Positions 51,003-64,000 of a stretch of 64,000 bases of DNA are shown here, one piece after another (positions within the stretch are counted from its first letter, which is position 1; every line of letters starts with the position of its first letter). Origin of the DNA: Octopus sinensis (taxonomy: Eukaryota). A program made the position numbers and the translations under genes. Below the pieces are notes generated by a model, which was not told where the DNA came from, made no database searches, and was given only the letters and a program-made list of their open reading frames with translations. The stretch spans positions 3,224,001 through 3,288,000 of the forward strand of contig NC_043022.1 of the NCBI RefSeq assembly GCF_006345805.1, given 5' to 3'.

Positions 51003-51412
51003 GGTGCAGGAGTGGCTGTGTGGTAAGTAGCTTGCTAACCAACCACATGGTTCCGGGTTCAGTCCCACTGCGTGGCATCTTGGGCAAGTGTCTTCTGCTA
51101 TAGCCCCGGGCCGACCAATGCCTTGTGAGTGGATTTGGTAGACGGAAACTGAAAGAAGCCTGTCGTATATATGTATATATATATGTGTGTGTATGTTTGT
51201 GTGTCTGTGTTTGTCCCCCTAGCATTGCTCGACAACCGATGCTGGTGTGTTTACGTCGCCGTCACTTAGCGGTTCGGCAAAAGAGACCGACAGAATAAGT
51301 ACTGGGCTTACAAAGAATAAGTCCCGGGGTCGATTTGCTCGACTAAAGGCGGTGCTCCAGCATGGCCGCAGTCAAATGATTGAAACAAGTAAAAGAGAAA
51401 AGAAAAGAAAGA
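51003..51412 (+). mobile_element. SINE family B
   Basis: Full-length copy. Confidence 0.9.
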
Positions 51413-51416
51413 GATA

Positions 51417-51605
51417 TATACATAAATATAAGAGAGTGACCACCATGTGGTCTACTCTTGCACTAAAAATAGATCCGCAAGGTTTCAGCTACAAAAGAAG
51501 TTGTTTCCGTTGAAAGAACAATTTCTTTTGTGGCTGAAACCTTGCGGATCTATTTTTAGTGCAAGAGTAGACCACATAGTGGTCACTCTCTTATATTTAT
51601 GTATA
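51417..51605. repeat. ~190-bp near-perfect palindrome
   Basis: tatacataaatataagagagtgaccac...gtggtcactctcttatatttatgtata, centred near 51510. Confidence 0.88.
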
Positions 51606-51719
51606 AAATGTGTCGTAATCCGGGTTTTTTATGCACTAAGCCACTTGGTGGTAAATGGATGTGCTATTAAATTAGTACCCAATTTTCTCACCCTTATCGG
51701 TTGATTATATATATATATG

Positions 51720-52000
51720 ACGGTCATGCTCGGATGGTGTTTTTTATGTGTAGGTGGCACATAAAAAACACCATCTGAGCGTGACCGTCTGCCAGCCTCG
51801 TCTGGCACCTGTGTCGGTGGCACATATAATCACCCTCTACACTCTCAGAGTGGTTGGCGTTAGGAAGGGCATCCAGCTGTAGAAACACTGCCAGATCTGA
51901 CTGGCCTGGTGCAGCCTTCGGGCTTGCCAGACCCCAGTTGAACCGTCCAACCCATGCCAGCATGGAAAGCGGACGCTAAACGATGATGATGATGATGATG
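51720..52000 (+). mobile_element. SINE family D
   Basis: (GAT)n tail. Confidence 0.78.
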
Positions 52001-52091
52001 ATATATATATAATAACAATTTAACAAATAAAACATATGCATACATACATACATATATGTACATACATACATCTATATGTATATATACATGC

Positions 52092-52123
<32 letters not shown>

Positions 52124-52439
52124 GAGTCCAGGACACCACAAATAAACGTAGAACACAACGAGAAACGGAAACATAAAAACAAACAAGGAAACGGACTCTT
52201 TTTAACAACGAAAAAACAGAGTACAAGACAAACAATACAAGGAATATTCCCCTTCTTCAGCTGCCCCTGTTTCGACTCAATGCGTGTTTCGAAGGTAAGG
52301 GCAGAACACGGCCAGGCTGAAGCAGTCCTTCCTGCAAAATGAATTGAATAAAATTCTTTTGCAGAGGGGTAAAAAAAGAAAAAAAGTGACAAGAACAGGA
52401 CGTAAAAGCAATATATATATATATATGTATATGCCTATC

Positions 52440-53600
52440 TTGGCAGTGCATTGACTTACACTAACTTTTCTGATCTCGAAGTGGACAGGTGAATACAGTT
52501 GTCTGCCACAAAGCCTTTTGGCTCTCTTGAGAAGTGTGTACGGAGCTGCCATGATATTGATCGCAACACAAAAATAAAGGTGTACAGTTCCACAGTGCTC
52601 CCTTGCCTCCCCTGTGCCGTGGAAGGCATGGCCTTTTACTGCAGGCACATCATGGCCCTGGTGTGAGTCCTGCTTCATCATCGGTGCTCCATCATGCATA
52701 TCAGATGGCAGGATTGCATTCTTGACGTAGAACTTCTGCTCCATGCTGGAGCAGTCAGTGTAGAGGCTGTCATTGCCGCATCACAGCCATGCTGTGCAGG
52801 ACATGTTTACATGATGGAGAGCAGCAGGTTCCCAAAGGCAGTTTTCTATGCTGAGTGGAGGCGCAATGGCCCAGTGGTTAGGGCAGCGGACTCGCAGTCG
52901 TAGGATCGCGATTTCGATTCCCAGACCGGGTGTTGTGAGTGTTTATTGAGCGAAAACACCTAAAGCTCCACGAGGCTCCGGCAGGGATGGTGGTGATCCC
53001 TGCTGTACTCTTTCACCACAACTTTCTCTCACTCTTACTTCCTGTTTCTGTTGTACCTGTATTTCAAAGCGCCGGCCTTGTCACTCTCTGTGTCACGCTG
53101 AATATCCCCGAGAACTACGTTAAGGGTACACGTGTCTGTGGAGTGCTCAGCCACTTACACGTTAATTTCACGAGCAGGCTGTTCCGTTGATTCGGATCAA
53201 CCGGAACCCTCGTCGTCGTAACCGACGGAGTGCTTCCATTTCTATGCTGAACTGCATAGAAAGGCAGGCAGAGCTGTGGGTGGCCAGAGGTTTAGATACA
53301 GGGATGTGCTGCAGAGAAATATGAAAAACTCAGACATTTCCCCTGGCACTTGAGATTGAAGGAGAAGGCCCTCCTGCATGGTGAATGGCACCAATTGATG
53401 AAGCTTGTAATTCCAGTCATTGAGGAGAACCAATTGAGAGAACACCAAAGAGCACATGAGAGGCATCTTATCTCCTTCGTTGCGTCAAGTAGCTTCACCT
53501 GCAGCAGATGTTATCACTGCTACAGATGAAGAGCAGGTATTGTAGCCCGCATGCGAGTCTGCCAGAGACCACTACTGAAGAAGAACAGTCAACATCAACT
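52440..53600 (+). mobile_element. RTE (BovB-like) LINE C-terminal remnant split by a young family-C SINE (52857-53238)
   Basis: HIRWQDCILDVELL...AGHVYMMESSRFPKAVFYAE|L...VGGQRFRYRDVLQRNMK; SINE TSD tttctatgctga. Confidence 0.8.
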
Positions 53601-53774
53601 TTCAACAGACAGCTGAAGATATATATATATATGTATAGTCAACAGATGAAATCCAGAGATTAGTAACAGGCAAATGATTTGAACTTAGAGACTCTGATGT
53701 CAATACTAGGGACCAATTCTGTTGAGTAAAGAGTGGCTGTAAGAGAAATCCAGGTAAGTAGATACGGAGGTAAT

Positions 53775-54150
53775 TATAATGATAATAATGAAATTATTGT
53801 ATACAGTGCTCAGGTGCACCACAACTTGTCAGAAAGTGCATATAAAGTACATGCAGTAATGTAGAAATGTCTGGAAATTGAACAGTGTATGAGTCAGATA
53901 CATGCTTGCGTGTGTATGGAGGGGAGAAAATCAGGTGTAGTGTTGGCGAATCTCAGGAAGCATGGAAGTTTTGAAGGATGCAGTGCTCCGACAACTAACA
54001 ACTGATGCCGGCAGTTTGTTCCATGCTTCAGCAACTCTCAGCGTGAAAAAATGTTTCCTGAAGTCATGGGAGCTGTGCTGTTTTCTTACTTTGTAAATAT
54101 GTCCACGGGTGTTAGATGGGTGGAGTTTGAAAAGGTGCTCAGAGTTATTG
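53775..54150 (-). mobile_element. CR1-type LINE 3' end
   Basis: HLFKLHPSNTRGHIYKVRKQHSSHDFRKHFFTLRVAEAWNKLPASVVSCRSTASFK with (ATT)n tail; shorter copy at 50461-50660. Confidence 0.85.
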
Positions 54151-54456
54151 TTTGTGCATAAACAAATTGAATATAACACCTTCGGTTTCATATACAATAT
54201 ATATATATATATATAATAATAATATGAGGGAATATTATTCCAAACTTACAGGGGAAAATTTAATTTACAAATACTAAATCAAATTTCACAAAATATAATA
54301 TATATATATATGCATTTTAAAAAAACACCTTTTATCAATTCAAAATGAAAAATTGAATACTTAATTATCGTTATATTTTTTATCTTATATTTAATCTTTC
54401 TATTATATGTAATTTTCTAGATGGTGTAATTTAATTATATATATACACACACATAC

Positions 54457-55050
54457 AGCTGGCAGAAACGTTAGCACGCCGGGCAAAATGCTTTGCGGTA
54501 TTTCGTCTGCTATTACGTTCTGAGTTCAAACTCCGCCGAGGTCGACTTTGCCTTTCATCCTTTCGGGGTTGATAAATTAAGTACCAGATGAATACTGGGG
54601 TCGATGTAATCGACTTAATCCGTTTGTCTGTCCTTGTTTGTCCCCTCTGTGTTTAGCCCCTTGTGGGTAGTAAAGAAATAGGTATACATGTATATACGTG
54701 TATACATATATGTGAAGGTGCGTGGATCAATGGTTAGAGCATTGGGGTCGTAATCACAAGGTAGTGAGATTGATTCCAGGACCAGGGGGTGTGCTGTGTT
54801 CTTGAGCAAGACACTTTATTTCACGTTGCTCCAGTTCACTCAACTGTAGAAATGAGTTGTGATGTCTCTGGTGCCAAGGTGTATCGACCCCTTTGCTTTC
54901 CCCTTGGATAACATTGGTGGCATGGAGAGGGGAGGCTGGTATGCATGGGCGACTGCTGGTCTTCTATAAAACAACCTTACCTTGACTTGTGCCTCACAGG
55001 GGAACTTTCTAGGTGCAATTCCATGGTCATTCATGACCGAAGGGGGTCTT
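54457..55050 (+). mobile_element. SINE family A (54457-54682) and tRNA-derived SINE (54714-55050)
   Basis: Family homologies. Confidence 0.8.
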
Positions 55051-55122
55051 CAACTTTTACCCTTATATATATATATATATATATATCAAACCCAAGCTAT
55101 TTAATATGTTTATTTGCATCAT

Positions 55123-55229
<107 letters not shown>

Positions 55230-55949
55230 GTGGCTGTGTAGTAAGGAATTTGCGACCTATCCATACTGTTCAGTGCCACTGTGTGGCACCTTGGGCAAGT
55301 GTCTTCTACAATAGCCTCAGGCTGACTAAAGCCTCGTGAGTGGATTAGGTAGATGGAAACTGAAAGAAGCCCATTGTAGCTATGTATGTGTATGTTCATG
55401 TTACTGTCTCCTTGCTTTGACATCATGTGATTGCTGTAAACGAGTGCCACCGTCATCCAAGCGGTGTCCTTTGTTTCCAATCTTCCATGAAAACGTGTCC
55501 GATCGCGGGTAAATATGACCTTACCTGGAAACGGGCAAGGTCATCTGGCCATGAAATATCCACTTCAACAAATTCCATCCTTCCCATGACAACGATGATG
55601 ATGATGATAATGATGATGATGATGGAGGTGGTGGTGGTGAAGATTGATGATGATAGTGGTGCAGTGTATCTAGAACTACCTCATCCAATGTTTCCTTCAT
55701 TTTTCTAACACCTAACTATGATTTAGCAATATTTGACTGCTGTTTCTAGCAGATAGAGTGTCCACGTGTTATTTCTGCTGGTGTTGCCTTATTTCCAAAC
55801 ACAGCATTCTGTGCAGTTTTGCTGCCAAAATAAAATGCTTTTTATTTTCTTTATATGTTTTGTTTATATTTATATATTTATATTTTGTGTTGTTTTCAAT
55901 TTATTTCTTGTTTTAATATATTAAAAATATTACGATAAACATCCTCTCT

Positions 55950-55962
55950 TTTATATATGTAT

Positions 55963-55999
<37 letters not shown>

Positions 56000-56037
56000 C
56001 ATTTATACACACATTCATATACATATAGATATGTATA

Positions 56038-56104
<67 letters not shown>

Positions 56105-56203
56105 GCTAGCATGGAAAGCGGACGTTAAACGATGATGATGATGTATATATATGTATGTATATATGTATATATATATGTATATATATACATGTATATATAT
56201 ATA

Positions 56204-56237
<34 letters not shown>

Positions 56238-56305
56238 ATATACATATATATATATGTATGCATATATATACATTATATACATGTATATATGTATGTGTAT
56301 TTATG

Positions 56306-56342
<37 letters not shown>

Positions 56343-57018
56343 TTGTATATATATATATATTATATATATATATATTATATATATATATATATAATGTGTG
56401 TGTCTGTATGTATGTGTGTGTATGTATGTATGTATATATATAAAGTTAATCCATACTTCACAAGTGCCATATTTTTTCATGTCAGATGCCAAATTTTATG
56501 AAATATTCGTGTTTGCACTTTACATCATCACATAATTATTTCCTAACCCATTTTTCATAGCTGCATCTAAACTTCCATCTCAATAGTGTGTGTGTGTGTT
56601 GCATGCATCCACACTGCACACTGCATGCCTTTTGCATGTAAACTGTCCGTGCACACTGATACATGCATATACTTTTACAGTGTGTCGTAATTAGATTTCT
56701 GTTGTCATAGAATGTGTACATGTATGGAGATACATGTAGGCTCATGTAGCATAGGTGAAAAATTATATCTACCTATCCATCCATCTATCTATCTGCCTAT
56801 CTATCTATCTTTATCTATTATCTATCTCTCTATCTATCTATCTACCTATCCCTCTATCTATCTATCTATCTATCTATCAGTGTATCTGCCTAGCTATCTG
56901 TCTATTTATCTATCTACCTGACTGTATATGTACTAATGCATCTGTTTGTCTGCCTGTCTGTCTATCTATCTATCTATCTGTCTCGGCTTATTTATCTGTC
57001 TGTCTGTCTACCTGTCTG

Positions 57019-57052
<34 letters not shown>

Positions 57053-57400
57053 CATCTATCTATCCATCCATCCATCCATCTATCTATCTATCTATCTATC
57101 TACTTGTCTATCTATCTATCTATCTATTCACCCATCTATCTATGTATCTGTCTATCTGTCTCTCTCTATATATTTATCTGTCTTTCTATCTATCTATCTA
57201 CCTATTCATGTATCTATCTATCTATATCTATCTGTCTATCTATCTATCTATCAATCTATCTATCTGTCTGTCTATTTGTCTATCTGTATATTTACTTACC
57301 TGTGTATAATATGCCTCTCAAATTCATCTGCTGGCCTTGTCTCTCTGACTGTCTGTTGATCTATCTCTCTTTCTATCTAACCATCAATCTATCCTTCTAC
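55950..57400. repeat. (TA)n/(TG)n tract (55950-56440) and (ATCT)n/(GTCT)n tract (56765-57400)
   Basis: Directly visible. Confidence 0.92.
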
Positions 57401-57840
57401 CTGTCTTCTTTGCTGCAAATGTGTGTCATCTAAACCAGGATCCCACAATTATGCTAAAATACTCTAGTTTCAAGTAACTGGTTTCTCATTTAGTGTGACA
57501 TTTAAAATTAGACTATATTTTTATGTGACTTGGAGTTTGATATATTATACTTTTATATGATATATTACAATTTTTATTAATCATTTCCTTCTTTATGTAA
57601 TTTTTACTTCGCGTTAAATTCAGACACAGTTGGAATCTACACTATCTGGAAGATATTTTTGTGAAAATTCCAGGAAAATAGGCGTTTGTCGGAAAGTTAT
57701 GAGGGGGAAATAGTTGGTGGGGCACACTTGTGTAGTTATGCCATTCGCTTTTTGCTTTACTGGCATAATGACCCCCCCTCGAGATACAAAATATATCTAT
57801 ATATATAGCAATATATATGTATTTCTAGACATAATTTTTT

Positions 57841-58261
57841 GGCGATCTTTCGTCTCTAGTAGACCTTTCCGTCGATTTCCGTAAAAAAACTTTTTTTTTT
57901 TACATATGGGCTTGCGGGAACTTTTGAAGTAATGAGAGCGAAAGAGACTAAGAGAAAGCGATTGTATGACGAGGGAAGTTCTTTTGAAGTTACCGTGCAT
58001 GGGAAGCATTGATGTACATGTGTGTGTGTGTTTGATGGGGTGTGGGAGACAGACAGTATGTTGTGTAAGTGAAGTGCTTCTGTTAGTGTGTGTGAAGAGA
58101 CAGAGTAATGTGTGAAAGAAAGAGATAACTGAAATGTTTTACTCGGTGTATGTGTATATGTATGTATATTACTTCAAAAGTTCCCGCAAGCCCATATGTA
58201 AAAAAAAAAGAAGTTTTTTACGGAAATCGACGGAAAGGTCTACTAGAGACGAAAGATCGCC
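57841..58261. mobile_element. Mutator-like MITE, copy 2 (inverted relative to 22165-22589)
   Basis: Same ~90-bp TIRs and internal sequence; no TSD. Confidence 0.85.
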
Positions 58262-59257
58262 TGTTCTATTGTCAAAGTAAAAAGAAACTTCGCTTTTCGA
58301 CTGATTTGAAACGAAAGCCGAAACCCCATAACTTAACTTTTCTCTTCGTCTGAGAAATATTGATTAGAATGGAGGTGAATTGTGTTGAGGTGGGAGGGTG
58401 CTAAAAGAAAGGTATATATATACACGAGAGGGGGGAAAAGAATGGGAGTAAGAATGGCAGACGGAGTGAGTTTTTTGAGCGAGGGAAAACGTGTGAAAGA
58501 GAGAGACAGAGAGAGAAGTATGAATGAATGAAAGAGAGCGAGTGAGTAAAAGCGGGAGTTTGTGTGTGTGTAAGAGAGAGAGAGAGAGAACAGATAGATA
58601 TGTATTCGAGGAAGGGGAGGAGAAAAACCAATGAATGTGAGTGAGGGGTATGAGTGGCGGGGGAAGTCAACAATAACAGTGTTAATTTCGCAAATAATGA
58701 AGTGATTTCTCGGCCAGGACTAATACTACTAAACTACTACTACAAATAATAATAATAGTACCAATAAGCCCATCCTGTATCGTGTAGTACCCCATCGCCA
58801 CCAAAGTTACCTTCCTACCTAAACTTACCTGTGAGTATGTTTTAATATCGATCTAATAATCAATTAGATTACTACTTATATGGACTTGGTTTGTTTTAGT
58901 ATCAGCTTTATTATTATTATTATTAATTTTCTTCACTTAATTCCAAAACTTTTCGCTAGTTTTCCCGTACTTAAGCCAAGTAATTGGCTTTACGGCTATT
59001 ATCTGGCGTGACATATATATGTGTGTGTGTGTATGTATATATATAGTGTGTGTGTATGTATATATATAGTGTGTGTGTATGTATTTATATAGTGTGTGTG
59101 TGTATGTATTTATATAGTGTGTGTGTGTATGTATATATATATAGTGTGTGTGTATGTTTGTGTATGCGTACGTAGTGACTTTGCTAGTTGAATGGTACTT
59201 GATTCCAATAATTTATTTCCCTGGTTTTATTATCACTTACGTTTTATTCGAAAGCTG

Positions 59258-59318
<61 letters not shown>

Positions 59319-59460
59319 ACTTTATTCAAAGCAGCAGCATATTACTCTACCACTGGTATTTGAGTACTCTTTTTCCCACCTTGTTTCACATTTATGTGTT
59401 TACTCCGGTATATATATATATATATATTATATATATATATATATATATAATATATAATTT

Positions 59461-59501
59461 GATTTGAAAACCCCACTGGAATGGGAGAAAGCGCTAATAA
59501 T
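59461..59501 (+). ncRNA. Hammerhead-like motif next to (TA)n
   Basis: gat-TTGAAAA-cCCCA-ctggaa-TGGGa-GAAA-gcgc-TA-at; palindromic stem III; stem I largely lost. Confidence 0.45.
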
Positions 59502-59601
59502 CCGAATGATATGATCTGAATGATATGATATATATATGTAAAAAATGTAATATATAAATAAATATCTATAAATATGAACCATCCGATCTGATTACCTCAT
59601 T

Positions 59602-59679
<78 letters not shown>

Positions 59680-60439
59680 GAAATCGATGCGGTAGTGTTT
59701 ACTGACGTTCTGACTGGAACTTCGGAGTTACTGTCAATGCTACTCTTGGTAAAGAATAAAGCAGTCTTCATAGATATGTACTCCACAAAATGTAGAGTAA
59801 TCCTTCAGTTTAATCCAAAATTATTTTTATTATAACTAAGAACAAATGTGTGTGTGTTATTATTATTTATTAGCAACGCACCTTTTTCTATTTTTTTTTT
59901 TCATTAAAGCTAAATTATTGATTATATTTACATTAATTAATGTTGGGAGATATCACCTTAATTTGCAATGGAAATACTTTTTTTAAAAAATGAAAGTAGT
60001 AAGAAATGTTTTAAGACCCCAAATGTTGAAAAAGTTAATATCATGTTGGAAGAAATACACACATTTGTTTCCAAACTTAATTTCTCTGTGGATGGGAAAA
60101 AATTGTTTTGGACAGAAGAAGGGAAAAGTAGAGAGGAGGGGTCACTCTTGGGTTTGTTTCATTTTCACACACGCACGATAAAGAAAACTATATTTTAACA
60201 ACTTATAAATATTTTCCACCATGAACAATATATATATATACACGCCACATGTACTTTGGACGTTGAGTTTTGTGGTAATTTTCTTCCTTAAAAGCTTCGT
60301 TGTCGTGAAAATTAAAGTTAAAGAATTTAAAAGAAACGTGGAAGAAGAATCGCGATGGAGGGTTTGTTCTTCCTCATTTAAGAAATGCATGATTGTCACA
60401 CAATTCCACCTCAGTCATGTCTTCATACAGACACACACA

Positions 60440-60698
60440 CATACCCAACTGTACTTTATGTAAGTCTATGTCCGATATACCCAACTGTACTTTATGTAAG
60501 TCTATGTCCGATATACCGAACTGTACTTTATGTAAGTCTGTGTCCGATATACCCAACTGTACTTTATGTAAGTCTGTGTCCGATATACCCAACTGTACTT
60601 TATGTAAGTCTGTGTCCGATGTACCCAACTGTACTTTATGTAAGTCTGTGTCCGATATACCCAACTGTACTTTATGTAAGTCTATGTCCGATATACCC
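60440..60698. repeat. 36-bp minisatellite, 7 copies
   Basis: (cccaactgtactttatgtaagtct[a/g]tgtccgatata)n. Confidence 0.95.
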
Positions 60699-61534
60699 CT
60701 TCGTGGATAACAAGCCAAATCGGGAACAACCTTGGTATTTAATATATGTAACAATACAGTTTATAAGTACCACCAGGGTAACACAAAACTTACCAAATGT
60801 AGAAATATATCAACGTAGCCCGAAATTATCTAAAATAACACGTGCACACACCCACCTATACTTCGTGTAAGCTTGTGCTCGGTATGACCGGCGTGGACAA
60901 CCAGTCAAGTCGTGGGTCACCCTGGTAATTAATATATATAACACTACGATTATAAGCGATTTTACATTTGCCACAATATGTACCACCAAGCTTATTGAAT
61001 ATAAGAAAGCTTGTTTTTCCTGAGATATATATTAAACAATACGCTATACAACATACGCAGACGTCAGTACTTCGTGCAATTTTGTGCTCCATATAAACAG
61101 GCGTAGATAGCCACCCAAGTCGGGAGCCAGCTTAGTATTTAATATACATGTAATAATACAGTATTGAATATTATCGGAGTACTACAAACTATACTGAATG
61201 TAGGAAGCTGTTTTCACTGATATCCATGTGCGTGTGTTGGACAACATATTGTTACACAAGCACACAACCGTACCTACCGCTTATAATATTGTTTTCTTCT
61301 ATAATTCAAGGCCGCATTATAAACAGCCTTGTAGGCCCCCGGGAAAATCAATGCACTAGGACCTATAGTATTTATTTATTTATGATAGCAAGCTACAACA
61401 TACATACATTAGAGTCGGGCCCCTACACTTATGAGGTCCACCGGGTCCCTACTCTCACGAGGTCCACCGGATAACAGTCCAGTTTACCCCTATTTTGAAA
61501 TGCACTGCTAATTCGGTATTTTTTCACAATAATG

Positions 61535-61735
61535 ATTTTTAATTTTGGCACAAGGCCAGCAATTACGGTGGGTGGGGAAAGTCGATTACATCGACCCCAG
61601 TGTTCAACTGGTACTTATTTTATCGACCCCCGAAAGGATGAGAAGCAAAGTCAACTTCGGTTGCATTTGAACTCAGAACGTAAAGGCAAACGAAATGTCG
61701 CTAAGCATTTTGTCGGGCGAGCAAACGGTTTTACC
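61535..61735 (-). mobile_element. SINE family A, diverged
   Basis: Family homology. Confidence 0.72.
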
Positions 61736-63562
61736 CAGAATCCCTACTAAATACCACGACTGACCCCCATCCCTTAAATTTATGGGGGCTGCCTTGTTAT
61801 TTAAAAATCGGTGTGGTTTATAATGTATGATGCACAGTAAAGGATTTGTACATATAGTTTCTCAACAAACCGAGTTCGCGACCCGGCTTCCTTATTATAT
61901 TCGTGTTAGCTGCCGATAACCGCTTAGCAACAGCATGAACGTCACCTCTTAACATATTCCTTCTCTTGAAGTATCTGACCCTTGAAATACGTGGACCTTT
62001 ATGTGTGTATTGAGTTCTGTTTATCTTGTTTTCTTCCAAACCTTCATGCACACGCGTATAACAGTAAAAGCCGCTTATTCCCGAGCACGCCGACAATATT
62101 GTTATATTCTCTGCTTGATATTATCGACCAGTTATTAATATCTGGAATGACCCATCGCAAAGTGATCACAATAAGCGACTATCACTGTGCGTATGTATGT
62201 GAGTGTGTGCCGTGATTTTAGAGTAAGTAATTTAGTGCTTTCTCCATCGAAGAAAAGCAATATTCCTTTTACCTAAAAAGGAAACGGTTAAACAGGACGA
62301 ATTAATTAGAGAATTTGGGAGGTTTAGTCAAAGACAAACAAGTTTATCCAAATAATTTATTTCCAAATTAATCACCCAGACGGGGAACTATTCTGGAATG
62401 TTGTACGTTTCTACCTGCGATGAAACTACGTCTGAATAAAATATATAAAATAAAATTAAATTAAACATATTTTCTTTAATATATGTTTTTTTCTTCTCTA
62501 CTCTACCGTCCACCCATTGTAAACTTGTCTAAAGGTGTGTTTTTTTTAGTTGTCACACAAGCTCTAAGAATTACGAACTACCGGGTACATAATTGATAAA
62601 ACGCACCTGAAAAGGTGTGTATATATATGTGTGTGTAAATGTGTATGTGTCTACTTATATATAGACATAGAGACAGACAGACTGACAGAGCTATTGTTGT
62701 AATAATCACTCCACAGGTTTGCATTCCATTGCTAACAACCAACAAGCCTACCAGCCAACCAGTAGAATACAGCAATTACTTTTCGTGCAAGAACACGTTT
62801 ATTTTCATTTCTTGTCCAACTTATGACCTCATTGGCGATGCCAGAGGTTAAAAAAAACCCCTCTAGTGAGTGATCTTCTTCAACGACCCAGTTTCGATTC
62901 TAGCAAGGCTGTTCTCGCTCTTCTCTTGACTTACACGTTACTTTTAGCTTATTCGTGTAATATACACGAATGCCAATACATTCCATATTCTTTCTTCTTC
63001 GTATATTCTCATCTGTTGTGTTTATATAAGAAAGCAATTTTGGCGAGACAGACAAACAGATGCCTCGAAGCAACTAATCGCGTTGCAGCCTCCCGTCGCT
63101 TGACTTTTACGTGTCTGGATGATGCGGGTACGGGTGTGCGGTTATGCGGTTCGTTTCTGAAACACTTGGTTCCGGGTTCGATTATCTCTGTGCCGTAGTA
63201 CCTCGGGTAACCGTCTTCTAATTGACTAAAGTTTCAGATTTATCGAAGCTTTTGTAGCAATATTATTTTCTTCGTTGCTATCTTTCACTGTTTGAGAAAA
63301 GTATTAAGAATGATCTCGTTTGAGATCATTTGAGATAATTCTTTGGTTCTAGTCCTTGTGAGGACTAAACCTCTGACCACACAGAGCATACTCAACCATG
63401 TTTCAGTTCGAAAGGCAGGCGACCACCACAAGCGCGTGTTGCATGCGTACATACGTGCTAACGTTTACAAACTCCCAACATCAACGATTGTAAAATAAAT
63501 CATGTTTATATCTCAAACAGAAGACTTGTTGTCAATCCACTTGTGTTCTATTGTTACTGCGT

Positions 63563-63931
63563 GGAGGCGCAATGGCCCAGTGGTTCGTAGGATCGCGGTT
63601 TCGATTCCCAGACCGGGCTTTGTGAGTGTTTATTGAGCGAAAACACCTAAAAGCTCCACGAGGCTCCGGCAGGGGATGGTGGTGATCCCTGCTGTACTCT
63701 TTCGCCACAACTTTCTCTCGCTCTTACTTCCTGTTTCTGTTGTACCTGTATTTCAAAAGGGCCGGCCTTGTCACTCTCTGTGTCACGCTGAATATCCCCG
63801 AGAACTACGTTAAGGGTACACGTGTCTGTGGAGTACTCAGCCACTTGCACGTTAATTTCACGAGCAGGCTGTTCCGTTGATTCGGATCAACCGGAACCCT
63901 CGTCGTCGTAACCGACGGAGTGCTTCCATCC
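63563..63931 (+). mobile_element. Young SINE family C copy with TSD and a deletion in the tRNA head
   Basis: TSD attgttactgc; agggcagcggactcgcggt is missing. Confidence 0.9.
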
Positions 63932-64000
63932 ATTGTTACTGCATGTATTTATGGCTTGTAATAATTCGTTAAGAGTAGAACCACGGGCGATCGTATCTCC

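Noticed and set aside
59592-59786. Minus-strand ORF with a donor-like end
   Set aside because: Runs through a (TA)n tract; no recognisable protein.
60440-60698. 36-bp repeats as a CRISPR array
   Set aside because: No spacers, no cas genes, eukaryotic context; a plain tandem repeat.
61818-62180. GPCR-like pseudogene hints on the minus strand (IVGVLGN, NPLL)
   Set aside because: Motifs are in different frames, spacing is far too short for TM1-TM7, and there are many stops.

Overview
AT-rich, repeat-dense eukaryotic DNA with no prokaryotic features. The tRNA-derived SINE families and the (CA)n/(TA)n/(CAT)n load point to an octopus (cephalopod) genome; this is an inference. Most ORFs in the track are microsatellite or SINE translations. 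The only convincing host coding sequence is a plus-strand Bicaudal-D-related dynein adaptor gene (BICDL1/BICDR-like), with exons at 32080-32295 and 35536-35649. A 723-bp ATG-initiated exon at 21311-22033 encodes a ZAD-like C4 zinc domain and splices in frame (phase 0) onto the first BICDR exon, where the dynein-binding CC1-box exon normally sits. The rest is transposon-derived: four or more SINE families (many as 184-bp tandem arrays or inverted pairs), Tx1, RTE, CR1 and CRE LINE remnants, a full-length dead mariner, Helitrons, and MULE-, hAT- and mariner-type MITEs. There are also minisatellites and several short fold-back elements, mostly embedded in (TA)n tracts, that carry hammerhead-ribozyme-like motifs (Penelope-like or retrozyme-like).
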